Virus record (IMG/VR): IMGVR_UViG_3300049581_000068
DNA from: an uncultured virus (IMG/VR IMGVR_UViG_3300049581_000068)
Lineage: Duplodnaviria > Heunggongvirae > Uroviricota > Caudoviricetes
DNA: 20,000 nt
Reading direction: 5' to 3' (one strand)
This document shows positions 1-8,305 of the stretch, one piece after another (within the stretch, counting starts at the first letter, position 1; every line of letters begins with the position of its first letter). The notes under the pieces are model-generated. The model worked only from the letters and a program-made list of their open reading frames with translations. It had not been told where the DNA came from and ran no database searches. A program made the position numbers and the translations under genes.

Positions 1-291
1 CTCGGTGTCGGGCGCGCGGCCCTTGAGCTTCTCGATCTCCGCGCCGACCTCGCGTGAGCGGTTGCGGGTTTCGTAGGCGACCTTGAACGTCTCGTTGACG
101 TCGTTGATCTGACCCTGCAGTTCCTCCATGCGGCCGCGGGTTTCGACCAGCAGACCGCGCTCTTCGACGGTCAGGTCGCGGTTGGCCGCGTTCGCGCGCT
201 CGATGATGCCCTGCGCGAAAGTGGACTTCTCTTCAAGTTCATGCTCGAGACGCCGGATGATGACGTCATTGGAGCCGGTGGCAACGCCCAT
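1..291 (-). CDS. Major capsid protein, N-terminal part (runs off the window)
   Basis: Manually translated open frame from ATG 291 (MGVATGSNDVIIRRLEHELEEKSTFAQGIIERANAANRDLTVEERGLL...), coiled-coil-like as in HK97 delta domains. RBS GAAAGGG upstream; directly follows the prohead protease. Confidence 0.85.
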   Translation of the reverse strand, partial: MGVATGSNDVIIRRLEHELEEKSTFAQGIIERANAANRDLTVEERGLLVETRGRMEELQGQINDVNETFKVAYETRNRSREVGAEIEKLKGRAPDTE

Positions 292-403
292 GGTGGATGC
301 GCCCTTTCGGTGTGTAGTGGACTAAACGACACATCCGCTACGACCGACTCCGTTCTCCGGAGCGACCCGCATCTAAGGGCAGCCGGTAATGCTGGCAGGT
401 AGT

Positions 404-1048
404 TTACAGCCTCTTCGCGCGATCCAGCATGGACGAAAAGAACGGGTCGTTGAGAAACTCGTCCATCAACGGGGTGATCGTCGCCATCACTGTCTCTTCG
501 TCGTCGGCCACGACGATCTCGTTCTCGCGGACTTCGAGAACCTCCGCGCCGGGGTAGGCCGGATCCTCAACCACGCTGATGTGATCCAGATAGGCCGTCT
601 TGATGCGGCGCGACTTGGACCGACGATCGATGATCTGATCGTTGGGCAGCGCAGCGAAACCCGCCGACAGGCCCACGCAACGCTCATCGGCCAGCGCCAG
701 CGTTTCGTCGCCGAGCGGGGTCTGCGCGATGCGCAGTTCGGCCACCAGGCCTTCGGCGCGCGAGGGGAAGAACTTCAACGCCTTGCCCACGGTGCGCGAC
801 TTGTTGTGGTCGCGGTTGACCTTGATGCGGTTGGGGCGCCGCTCGATACCGTCCCACGCGGAACGCTCGAATGATTCCTTCCACACCTCGCCGCGCCACA
901 TCACCGGCGTCTCGACCTCGTAAGGCGCCACGATGGCGGTGATGACGCGCTGGGCAAAGTTCACATCGGCCACTGCAGCCGTTCGGAGCTCGACCGGCGC
1001 GCGCGGCCGCTCGTCGGCCGCGTTGTCGATCACGTCGCTTTCGGTCAT
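404..1048 (-). CDS. HK97-family prohead (capsid maturation) protease
   Basis: 214 aa with the N-x-D-H His motif (VNRDHN) and GLSAGF Ser motif, plus ISVVEDPAY; lies between portal and capsid. Confidence 0.92.
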   Translation of the reverse strand: MTESDVIDNAADERPRAPVELRTAAVADVNFAQRVITAIVAPYEVETPVMWRGEVWKESFERSAWDGIERRPNRIKVNRDHNKSRTVGKALKFFPSRAEGLVAELRIAQTPLGDETLALADERCVGLSAGFAALPNDQIIDRRSKSRRIKTAYLDHISVVEDPAYPGAEVLEVRENEIVVADDEETVMATITPLMDEFLNDPFFSSMLDRAKRL

Positions 1049-2262
1049 TAGTCCGATCCTCCGGTTAGGGCCTGTGCAGCCGGTTCTCCGTAGTAGCGTT
1101 CCATGATTCTGACCTCATCCGGTGTCAGAATCTCCATCTCGATCGCCGTCTTGTATGCCTGCATGCGCTTGTCCAACGGTAGCCGCGTGTAGTCGTCTCG
1201 GTTCAACTCCGCGGATTGCCCGCGCACCAAAGCCCAATCCGACAGTGCTTCCATCACCATCTTCGACTTCGGCCGCAGGCTCGAGCGATCGTGAAAGTCG
1301 AAAAGATCGGAGATGTTCGAATAGGTCAGCGAGCCGCTGGCGCCGGCCAGGCCCATGAGGAACGGCGGCACACCCAACAGGATGGCGATGCGAGATTCAC
1401 TGAACTGCGAAACCTCAAGTAGCGCCATCTCTTTGGCGCTCATCGTCTTGGCCTGGTTCAAGGTAGCGCCGCTGCCGAGCACGCCGGGTGCTGCCGGATT
1501 GGCCGAGCGCGAGTCGACCCACTGCTGGATCAGATCGGAGCCCTCGGTGCCCGACAAGCGCCGGTTCACGCCGATCCAGTACAGCGGCACGCCGCCGGTT
1601 TCGGCCAGCGTGTTGGCGTAGCGCTGCAACAGCTTGATCTGTGTCTGTCGCGCGCCGGCGACTTCCAGCGGGCCGTGTCCGCGGGCGTCGGCCACCGTCG
1701 ACTGGTAGCGCAAGTGAAGAACGTCGTCGGTGACGTCGAGAGAGCCGAGCTTGTATTCGCGCACGCCGTCGCGCATGTCGACCTTCATCATGTACGGCGG
1801 GATCACGCGGAACCGGGTCGGCTTGCCGTAGCTCGTCGCCATCGGCAGGACGAAAGCCTCGCCCATCTGAAAGTCCCAGAAAAGCTGTTTCGCGAATTCC
1901 TGCCACGATGAGTAGATCGTCGGATCGGGGTTCATCATCCACTGCGCCGGATCCATGATCTGGCGCGGGCTGGTCCGCATCCGGTACACCGGCATCGCCG
2001 AGATGATGTTGCTGTTCATGTCCAGACAGGCCCATGCGATGTCGACGAGCTTGTCCAACGCGGCGTTGATCTGCCACGGCGGCATGTCCCAGTCAGCCGG
2101 ATAGCCATCCCACGGGGATGGCACGATCGTCGGCAGTGACCGGCGCTCGATAGGGTTGCCGACGATCTCGAAACCGTCAGGGTCGCCCGGCTGGTAATTC
2201 GAGGGGCCGTTGTCATTCGGGGTTACAGCGCCCCGGCTGAACATCTTCGACCAGTACGACAT
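1048..2262 (-). CDS. Phage portal protein (HK97-like)
   Basis: 404 aa with GEAFV, DVLHLR, GHGPL, IAILLGVPPFLMG, TYSN and LTPDEVR motifs; located after terL. Confidence 0.95.
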   Translation of the reverse strand: MSYWSKMFSRGAVTPNDNGPSNYQPGDPDGFEIVGNPIERRSLPTIVPSPWDGYPADWDMPPWQINAALDKLVDIAWACLDMNSNIISAMPVYRMRTSPRQIMDPAQWMMNPDPTIYSSWQEFAKQLFWDFQMGEAFVLPMATSYGKPTRFRVIPPYMMKVDMRDGVREYKLGSLDVTDDVLHLRYQSTVADARGHGPLEVAGARQTQIKLLQRYANTLAETGGVPLYWIGVNRRLSGTEGSDLIQQWVDSRSANPAAPGVLGSGATLNQAKTMSAKEMALLEVSQFSESRIAILLGVPPFLMGLAGASGSLTYSNISDLFDFHDRSSLRPKSKMVMEALSDWALVRGQSAELNRDDYTRLPLDKRMQAYKTAIEMEILTPDEVRIMERYYGEPAAQALTGGSD

Positions 2263-2320
2263 CAGACCGCCCTATGCATATAGCGCCTGGTCATCATCCG
2301 GCCATTATCACACAAAACGA

Positions 2321-3859
2321 TCACCCGATGAACGGCATGGGTTCATCGCACAGACCCCAACGGTACATTGCCGCTGCGGTCGCCACTGCTGGTGAAACAT
2401 CAGGCGCCGGTTCGCCATCGACCTCACGACGGTCGAACGCCTCGGCCTCGCCGGTCTGCAAGAACCGTTTCTTCACGTTGATCAGTGCGAAATTCAATTC
2501 CGGCTGGTCAAGGTGGGCGACCATGGAGTCGCGAATCGCTTTCTTGAGCGTGCCGTAAGCCGCGGCCATCTCACCGGCGGTCATCTGATGCCACTCGAAG
2601 TTCGCCCGAGTCAGCTCGTCCTCGAGCGCGCGGGCCGCGCCCGGTGTGATCGCGATGTCCACCAAGTCCTTCTCGGCGTCCATCTCGCGAATCGCCTTGA
2701 CCACCCCGCGGGTACCGCGGAATTCCTTGACCATCACCAGCGTCCGCTCGTCCTCGTTGAGCGAGTCGGCCGGAAGCGTGCTCGCGATGCCCAGCGACGC
2801 CCAACGCTGGTCGGGACTGACGTCGAGCACCAGGGCCGCGCGGTCGGGCTCATCGGCGTCTTCGACCGCCAGCGTGTTCCACTTCGCGATGTCGAACGCC
2901 GAGCCCTCATCCTTGTCATAGATGCCCAGGCCCTCCCGCAACCAACCCTCGGCATTGAGCTTGCGGCGCAGGCGCAGAAACGCCTCAACAGGTGTGCGGT
3001 GCGGAAATGATGGGTTCTTCGCCCACTGGTAGGGGTCGCTCGGGTCGGCATTGTCGTCGGCCCCGATCTCGATCCACACCATGTCTTCGGTTTCCACGGT
3101 GACGATCTCGGGATCTTCGATCACCCACGCCTCGCCGCGCATACGCATCCATGCCTCGGCGTTGTCTTCGGGTTTCGGTGGCGTGCCGGCGTAAATGTGC
3201 AAGCCGATATCGGAGGTATTCAACGTGGCGAGCATGTTCTGCATCGCCCGCTCGGACATGATCTGCCCCTCGTCGGACATGAGCACGTCGACGCCGGGAA
3301 TGCCTCGGCCGAAACCCCGCTCGCGGGCACCGAACAGGATTCGGCTGCCGTTGTGGAAGACGATGGCCTCATCACCGGAGCCGGTGTAGACCTTCTTGAT
3401 GAACGGCTTGACGCTGGTGCGCGCCGCGAAACCCTGCATGGCTTCGAAGGTTTCGTTGTGCGTCTTGGAGTGGTGCGCCGACCAGATCACCAGCAGGCCG
3501 GGATACTTCTGGCACATGCCGAAGAACGCGCCGGCGAAAAAATAGGTCTTCCCGATCTGGCGCATGGCCGACAGTCCGAAACCACCGACCGTGTGGACGA
3601 GCTTGTTGCGATCGTTGCGCGCCAGCAGCAGCGTGCCCATGCCGTCCTGCCAGCCATCGAACGTGATGCCCATGTCGTCGCGGCAGGTGTCGCGGATCTC
3701 GGCCCAGTCGGACCGGACGATCTGCGCGCTCGGATACGCCAGGCGCTTGGCGACTTGAGAGAGCTTGCGTTCAGATCGTGGAGGGGTCGAACTCCCGATG
3801 CGATCCGCGATCCGGATCAATTCGCGCTGGCTTAGCGGCCTTTCCAGCGTTGCGGTCAT
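2321..3859 (-). CDS. terL: Terminase large subunit
   Basis: 512 aa with Walker A MRQIGKT, Walker B VLMSDEGQ, coupling motif GTPP, and a C-terminal nuclease Asp (VLDVSPD). Confidence 0.95.
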   Translation of the reverse strand: MTATLERPLSQRELIRIADRIGSSTPPRSERKLSQVAKRLAYPSAQIVRSDWAEIRDTCRDDMGITFDGWQDGMGTLLLARNDRNKLVHTVGGFGLSAMRQIGKTYFFAGAFFGMCQKYPGLLVIWSAHHSKTHNETFEAMQGFAARTSVKPFIKKVYTGSGDEAIVFHNGSRILFGARERGFGRGIPGVDVLMSDEGQIMSERAMQNMLATLNTSDIGLHIYAGTPPKPEDNAEAWMRMRGEAWVIEDPEIVTVETEDMVWIEIGADDNADPSDPYQWAKNPSFPHRTPVEAFLRLRRKLNAEGWLREGLGIYDKDEGSAFDIAKWNTLAVEDADEPDRAALVLDVSPDQRWASLGIASTLPADSLNEDERTLVMVKEFRGTRGVVKAIREMDAEKDLVDIAITPGAARALEDELTRANFEWHQMTAGEMAAAYGTLKKAIRDSMVAHLDQPELNFALINVKKRFLQTGEAEAFDRREVDGEPAPDVSPAVATAAAMYRWGLCDEPMPFIG

Positions 3860-4160
3860 CAGGTTCGTCCTTCAGCTTGCCCTCGTCGCGTAGGCGATCT
3901 TCCAACTCGAGAATATCGCTGTTGAGATCCTGCAATCGCCGCGATAGGGATGCCAGGTCGCGCGGTGGGCACTCGGGGTCCATCACCGCCGTCTTGACAC
4001 GCTGCCGCAGCGCTTTCATCATCGCCAGTCCGTCGTCGCGGTGCCCGATCCAGCCCTCGCGCTCGAGTGCTTCGATGACCGCGGCTGCCAACTGCTTGGC
4101 GAGCTTGGTGTTCTCTTCGTTGGCGCTGACAACCTTGAGTGCCACATCGTATGCCGTCAC
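3771..4160 (-). CDS. terS: Terminase small subunit
   Basis: 129 aa directly upstream of and overlapping terL. PPRDLASLSRRL and C-terminal FDPSTI resemble actinophage small terminases. Confidence 0.75.
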   Translation of the reverse strand: MTAYDVALKVVSANEENTKLAKQLAAAVIEALEREGWIGHRDDGLAMMKALRQRVKTAVMDPECPPRDLASLSRRLQDLNSDILELEDRLRDEGKLKDEPDDRNAGKAAKPARIDPDRGSHREFDPSTI

Positions 4161-4381
4161 TTGTCGTCCTTTCGTGGATGAAAAAAGTCGCGCAACAGTG
4201 CAGTGCAGTTACCGCAAAGCCACTGTGGCGGCAGGTTGGCGCCGCCGGGCGTGTCGTCATAGGCGCGGGAAGTGAAAGAAATCTTGACGATCGAGCAACC
4301 CCCGCGGGCCGTCTCGTCCATGCTGGTGAACCCGCAACGGTCACACTTGAATGTCGTTATGGTCTTCGTTTCAATCGGCAT
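4157..4381 (-). CDS. Small hypothetical protein, putative Zn-binding (CDRC...CGNC)
   Basis: 74 aa with two CxxC motifs; stop overlaps the terS start. Confidence 0.75.
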   Translation of the reverse strand: MPIETKTITTFKCDRCGFTSMDETARGGCSIVKISFTSRAYDDTPGGANLPPQWLCGNCTALLRDFFHPRKDDK

Positions 4382-4526
4382 GCGGCCACCTTCGGTACAT
4401 AATCGTCAGAGGTTCGGCGAATTCGGCGGCGGATTCGATGATCGCCTGTTGCAGCGTGTCCATATGGTGCATCATCCGTTCGCAAAGCCACTGGCAGATA
4501 AGGCAATGCGGTACGTTGCAGTTCAT
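4371..4526 (-). CDS. Small hypothetical protein (51 aa, MNCNVPHCLICQWLCERMM...)
   Basis: Manual translation, below the ORF-track cutoff. ATGA overlap with the upstream stop at 4523; fills the gap. Confidence 0.55.
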   Translation of the reverse strand: MNCNVPHCLICQWLCERMMHHMDTLQQAIIESAAEFAEPLTIMYRRWPHAD

Positions 4527-5326
4527 TGTATTGTCGACCGCCTGACGCGAACGGCGTTGTGTTCCAAAAACTCAACAGCGATCCTCTCTGCGCCGACAGA
4601 GAATAAACAAATAGTCCCCGCTCTTTGCATGGGGATGGATACCGAACCATATCTGGTTATCGGAACTTGGAAATATGTTGCCGTCAAAGGCAATTGAACT
4701 ATCGCATCGCTGTAGGTCCCAGACCACACCCCATCGAAGGTCGTGATCTCGGGATGCTCGGTGGGCATTGGGCCGATGAAATCCGAGCCTTGGCACAGCA
4801 CCCGAGTGTCGTCCTCGGCAGCGACGTATTCCTCGTCGTATCGGCCGTTGGAGTACATTTGGGCAATCTTCTCGGTGATCGGCAGGCCGTGCCAATGTCG
4901 TCCGCAGTGCCAGCACCGTGGATACTGCGGATCGTCGTAGGTGTAGCCGACTTCCGGCTCGCCACCGGCCATCGATTCCTCGACCAGCGCGTCGATCTCG
5001 TCGACGATGTCGCGGGGGATATTCGGAATGTCGCGGGGGATATTCGGGGTGAACGTGACGTTCCAATACTCTCGAGTCTCCCAGTTCCCGCCGAGCGTTC
5101 CCTGCCCAGCGGTATCGAAATCCTCGGACATCACACCCAATGGCTGAAAACCATCCAGCGGTGGTGCCCATGTCGATGCCGGGTTACCCGCATCGATGTG
5201 CCGCTGGCGATCCGCGAGTAACTCAGGACTGAACCACTCTTCAAGTTGCGGTGCGCAATCAGGCGGCGCCGGCTGTACGCCGAATCTTCGAAACTGTGCA
5301 AGCGCCTCGTTGAAGGTGTAGCTCAT
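4523..5326 (-). CDS. Hypothetical phage protein (267 aa) with a CWHCGRHWHG metal-binding motif
   Basis: Start placed at ATG 5326 (ATGA overlap with the HNH stop) rather than 5674; acidic central region. Confidence 0.75.
   Translation of the reverse strand: MSYTFNEALAQFRRFGVQPAPPDCAPQLEEWFSPELLADRQRHIDAGNPASTWAPPLDGFQPLGVMSEDFDTAGQGTLGGNWETREYWNVTFTPNIPRDIPNIPRDIVDEIDALVEESMAGGEPEVGYTYDDPQYPRCWHCGRHWHGLPITEKIAQMYSNGRYDEEYVAAEDDTRVLCQGSDFIGPMPTEHPEITTFDGVWSGTYSDAIVQLPLTATYFQVPITRYGSVSIPMQRAGTICLFSVGAERIAVEFLEHNAVRVRRSTIQ
5007..5047. repeat. In-frame tandem duplication with a 21-bp period (ATGTCGCGGGGGATATTCGG x2) encoding PNIPRDI-PNIPRDI
   Basis: Identical 20-mers at 5007-5026 and 5028-5047. 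Confidence 0.95.
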
Positions 5327-5652
5327 CGGAAGAATCCCAACGCTTTCGACGGACGCGCGCGACCCATCTGGGCTTCCAGTTTCGCCCGCAACTGCGGGAT
5401 CAGGTGCGGCGGTGTATGTCGGCGCGTGCGGTTGCACGACAGGCAAGCCGGACGCCAATTGCCGGGTACGTCGGCCAGATCGGGCCGGAACTTGCGCGGC
5501 CAGTAGTGATCGATTGTCGTGGCACGCAGCGTGCATTTCGGGAACCGTAGCCAGCAGAGCTGGTTGCCAGGTTGGCTGACGAACGTCGCCGTGGTGACTC
5601 GCCACTCGCGGGTGCCGCCGGCCGAAGTCAGCATGGGACGTTTGCGCTTCAT
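5323..5652 (-). CDS. HNH endonuclease (terminase-associated type)
   Basis: CWLRFPKC...TTIDHYWP...NWRPACLSCN motif pattern; upstream of the terminase genes. Start at ATG 5652 through an ATGA overlap. Confidence 0.88.
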   Translation of the reverse strand: MKRKRPMLTSAGGTREWRVTTATFVSQPGNQLCWLRFPKCTLRATTIDHYWPRKFRPDLADVPGNWRPACLSCNRTRRHTPPHLIPQLRAKLEAQMGRARPSKALGFFR

Positions 5653-5804
5653 AAGGCCGCCCACACCGCGCCACAATCGCAAGCGATATAGCGTTCAGTC
5701 CGTCCAGCCTCGATGATCTTTGCCGGGCCTACGGAGCCCATATCAATCGTGCGCCAGCCCCGGTGTAATTGATGGCCACGGAGGCGATGCCACCACCATC
5801 TCAC
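5649..5804 (-). CDS. Small hypothetical protein (51 aa, MRWWWHRLRGHQLHRGW...YIACDCGAVWAAL)
   Basis: Manual translation. GTGA overlap at the 5' end and ATGA overlap at the 3' end exactly fill the gap. Confidence 0.7.
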   Translation of the reverse strand: MRWWWHRLRGHQLHRGWRTIDMGSVGPAKIIEAGRTERYIACDCGAVWAAL

Positions 5805-6034
5805 TTCGTCGTTACCTTCATCTGCCAGAAACCGTCGCCGGTTTGCACCGTGATCGTCGTGTCCATGTGCGGGGCTTGAATGGCATCACCCATCGCGATC
5901 AGGATGCCCTTCATCCACGTCTTGGGAGCGTTGCCCGGTTTGATCATCTGGCGAAACTCATCGGGTGGGCGGTTCACCCAATCACCGAGCTCGCCGTCGA
6001 ATAAGACGCGATCGTCAACGAGGATGCGGATCAT
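5801..6034 (-). CDS. Hypothetical phage protein (77 aa)
   Basis: 4-nt overlaps with both neighbours; protein-like composition. Confidence 0.8.
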   Translation of the reverse strand: MIRILVDDRVLFDGELGDWVNRPPDEFRQMIKPGNAPKTWMKGILIAMGDAIQAPHMDTTITVQTGDGFWQMKVTTK

Positions 6035-6267
6035 TTCGCGAACACCGTCACGGTCGGCGGGGCGTAGACATCGTCGTTGGTCGCCTGGCGGTATTCCAGC
6101 TTGATCTCGTTGGTGTCGGGATCGATCCAGCGTTTCGTCACGATCACCACCCTGACAACACGCATGCCGGGGAACTCTTGCTCGATGTTGATGGCGTCAC
6201 CGACCTTGATGTCTTCGAACGACACCGGTTCGGCAACGATCTTGTAGAACTCTTCAGCCAGCCCCAC
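6031..6267 (-). CDS. Hypothetical protein (78 aa, beta-rich)
   Basis: GTG start at 6267 after RBS GAAGGGG; C-terminal part of track ORF 6031-6546. Confidence 0.75.
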   Translation of the reverse strand: MGLAEEFYKIVAEPVSFEDIKVGDAINIEQEFPGMRVVRVVIVTKRWIDPDTNEIKLEYRQATNDDVYAPPTVTVFAK

Positions 6268-6580
6268 GAGTATCCCCTTCCATAAGAGCGAAAAGTGCGT
6301 CGGTCTGGTGGCGTGTGTGGTCGAGAACATTTGCGCCGCAAGCGCACCGCTGCGTAATCGGTTCGGCCAACGCGGGAATGTTGCGATCCAACACCGGGCG
6401 GTGCGACACCAGTAGGTCGTAAATCTGCTTGCGCTTAAGGCCCACAACGGCCTTGTCGAGTAAGTCAATCCAGCGATGTAGGGCAGCGTCGTACAACTGA
6501 TGGTTCTCCACGTCGCGAAACGATTTGACAGTACCGCGTACAACACTTGCGGGCACTATTGCGGCGATCTCTTCAGTCAC
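6254..6580 (-). CDS. Hypothetical protein (108 aa)
   Basis: GTG start overlapping the upstream stop (GTGA); contains a CACG motif. Confidence 0.75.
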   Translation of the reverse strand: MTEEIAAIVPASVVRGTVKSFRDVENHQLYDAALHRWIDLLDKAVVGLKRKQIYDLLVSHRPVLDRNIPALAEPITQRCACGANVLDHTRHQTDALFALMEGDTRGAG

Positions 6581-7002
6581 GACGACTTCCCGTGCGGGCA
6601 AGCATTACCCAACTGCTCGAACGATCGCAGCAGCGACGGACCGTCGACGCGGACGTTGCCGGGATCGATCACCGACAGCACCATGAGTAGCGTGCCGCAG
6701 CGGCAGTACACCGGCATCGACGTGTTCGCCAGATCGGTGTCGCCGGCGGCGTGACGCAGCGCCGCAAGCTCGCCGCGGTCGACGAACTCGACATTGCCAT
6801 CGGTTTCGATGGTGTGCACGATCGCCTCGGCCATCATCTGCACGCTGCCGTTGATCAAGTCCTGGTGCTCTTTCGGGCGCCCGGCAACCTGGCCGAACGG
6901 CAGCGCCAGCGGGGTCGCCGGCTTACCTTCATCACGATTGCCGGGATGCACCAGCCCGTTGCGCATCTTCTCAGCCACTAGATTGGCAATAGCGGTGTTC
7001 AT
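6577..7002 (-). CDS. Hypothetical protein (141 aa, C-terminal YCRCG...CP)
   Basis: RBS GGGAG; ATGA overlap with the upstream gene. Confidence 0.8.
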   Translation of the reverse strand: MNTAIANLVAEKMRNGLVHPGNRDEGKPATPLALPFGQVAGRPKEHQDLINGSVQMMAEAIVHTIETDGNVEFVDRGELAALRHAAGDTDLANTSMPVYCRCGTLLMVLSVIDPGNVRVDGPSLLRSFEQLGNACPHGKSS

Positions 7003-7259
7003 CTCTGCTCCCCGCGTTTTCTTTGAATCGTCACGGTGAACCTGTCGTCACCTTCTGCCATCGCTGCCGACATCTCCCGCGCCACCAGCGTCTCGACCGG
7101 CACGTCGGGAACTGGGCGGTGCTGTGAAAATCCCCATCCGCGTTCGACCAGGCCGCGCACAACGCTGTCGGAAACGCTGGCGCCGGCCTCGGCGTGAGTG
7201 ATGATCTCGGCAATGTCGCGGCTCAGAACAGCGTGAAAGTCGTCGAGCATGCTAGCCAC
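6999..7259 (-). CDS. Hypothetical protein (about 83-86 aa)
   Basis: Fits the operon tiling; start could be 7250 or 7259. Confidence 0.75.
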   Translation of the reverse strand: MASMLDDFHAVLSRDIAEIITHAEAGASVSDSVVRGLVERGWGFSQHRPVPDVPVETLVAREMSAAMAEGDDRFTVTIQRKRGEQR

Positions 7260-7491
7260 CGAACAGCGCCTTGATCCGCGAGCGCTTGCGCATGTTCTCG
7301 ATCTCCGGAGCGATGCGAACGCGAAACTCCTCGGGCATGATCGCGCGCAACGTCACCGTCGTGATGTCGGTGCCGGCGTCGTAGTGGGCCGACTTGATGC
7401 TCATCCACCGCTTGCCGAAATCCGGCCCGATCATGTGGTCGTAATCGAGCCCCTCGGTGATGTCACCGCGGTAGTGCAGGACTTCAGGCAT
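7252..7491 (-). CDS. Hypothetical protein (79 aa, MPEVLHYRGDITEG...)
   Basis: ATG 7491 with GAGG upstream, overlapping the previous stop. Confidence 0.75.
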   Translation of the reverse strand: MPEVLHYRGDITEGLDYDHMIGPDFGKRWMSIKSAHYDAGTDITTVTLRAIMPEEFRVRIAPEIENMRKRSRIKALFGG

Positions 7492-7786
7492 TGGCGGCCT
7501 CATCCTTGGGGCGCCACGGCTTGTCGGCCTCGTACAGCGCGACACCGCGCATGCGGTTACGCGGCCTGGTCTGGCCATTGGCGCGGCGCGATCGCCGGTT
7601 GTAGGCCGGTCGCAGGACGTCGGCGGATTCGACGCCGTGACGCAGTGTGCGGCCGTCCGGATTGAACGGGCTCTGCCAGTTCGGCGTGGCCGCGTGGAAC
7701 GGCGTGAGAATCAGCCCGTTCTTGTCGGGTATCGGGTCGTCGACGAGTTTGGTCAGTGTCTTGCGCTCGTCGTGGAATTTGGTCAT
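7484..7786 (-). CDS. Hypothetical basic protein (100 aa), first gene of the leftward operon
   Basis: RBS GAAGGGA and a promoter directly upstream. Confidence 0.75.
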   Translation of the reverse strand: MTKFHDERKTLTKLVDDPIPDKNGLILTPFHAATPNWQSPFNPDGRTLRHGVESADVLRPAYNRRSRRANGQTRPRNRMRGVALYEADKPWRPKDEAANA

Positions 7787-7872
7787 GGGATCCCTTCACT
7801 TTCGGTCGGCTGTCGAAAACACGATCCGTTTACCCTAGCCTGATGAAATTCCAATGTCAAGCATTATGACAT
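7787..7872 (-). promoter_or_regulatory. SigA-like leftward promoter with palindromic operator and ACCGAAAGTGAAGGGA leader motif
   Basis: Minus strand TTGACA (7855-7860), 17 bp, TAGGGT (7832-7837). Inverted repeat ATGTCA-N7-TGACAT at 7854-7872. Confidence 0.8.
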
Positions 7873-7880
7873 CTGATTCA

Positions 7881-7919
7881 TTGACAATGCAAATGACATT
7901 GTGTCATCCTTGGGACACT
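7881..7919 (+). promoter_or_regulatory. Putative rightward promoter for the WhiB-like gene
   Basis: TTGACA 7881-7886, 18 bp, TGt-CATCCT (7905-7910). Degenerate site GACA-N7-TGAC at 7883-7897 and inverted repeat ATGACA-TTG-TGTCAT at 7893-7907. Confidence 0.5.
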
Positions 7920-8294
7920 ATGCCCAGGCCGCCGAACCTCAGCATCTCAGCATGGTTTTCCCAGAGCGGCTTGCGTAGTCATCCGTGGATGCAGAAAGGG
8001 TTGTGCCGCAACCACCCCGAGCTCCCATGGACAGCCGACAGCATGCCTGCGGGGCACGATCTCGACGCCATGAGCGACATCTGCCGCGGTTGCCCGGTAC
8101 GCGCGAGCTGCGCTGCCTACGCCGTACACAGCAACAACGATCGCGGCATCGACGGCGGCTTCTACGCCGGCTACTGGCTGCCGTGGCTCACCTACCAAGA
8201 CTCGGCCGAGAACAAGCGCATTCGACAACGCTCGAAGATGTGGTTGCGCGTGTTCCTCGGAGAACGAAAACCGCCACTCCTGCGCTACAACTGA
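7920..8294 (+). CDS. whiB: WhiB-family (Wbl) Fe-S transcriptional regulator
   Basis: W-x3-GLC...ICRGCPVRASC four-Cys pattern and GFYAG turn (variant of G[IV]WGG), with a basic C-terminus. Start set at ATG 7920 because 7854-7919 is promoter DNA. Confidence 0.85.
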   Translation: MPRPPNLSISAWFSQSGLRSHPWMQKGLCRNHPELPWTADSMPAGHDLDAMSDICRGCPVRASCAAYAVHSNNDRGIDGGFYAGYWLPWLTYQDSAENKRIRQRSKMWLRVFLGERKPPLLRYN

Positions 8295-8305
8295 GGGCCG
8301 TCACC

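Noticed and set aside
2263..2320. TGTGATAAT -10-like element and a small hairpin between terL and portal
   Set aside because: No convincing -35 or operator copy and the stem is short; insufficient support.
5327..5674. N-terminal extension of track ORF 4523-5674
   Set aside because: Overlaps the HNH gene in another frame; ATG 5326 with an ATGA overlap is the better start.
7810..7855. GAAA...CTGATGA resembling a hammerhead ribozyme core
   Set aside because: Stems I and II cannot be formed, and the region is explained by the leftward promoter.
7854..7919. Longer N-terminus of the WhiB-like ORF (track start 7854), and similarly starts 16044 and 8643
   Set aside because: These extensions run through promoter/operator DNA; downstream ATGs (7920, 15999, 8661) fit the promoter and RBS geometry better.
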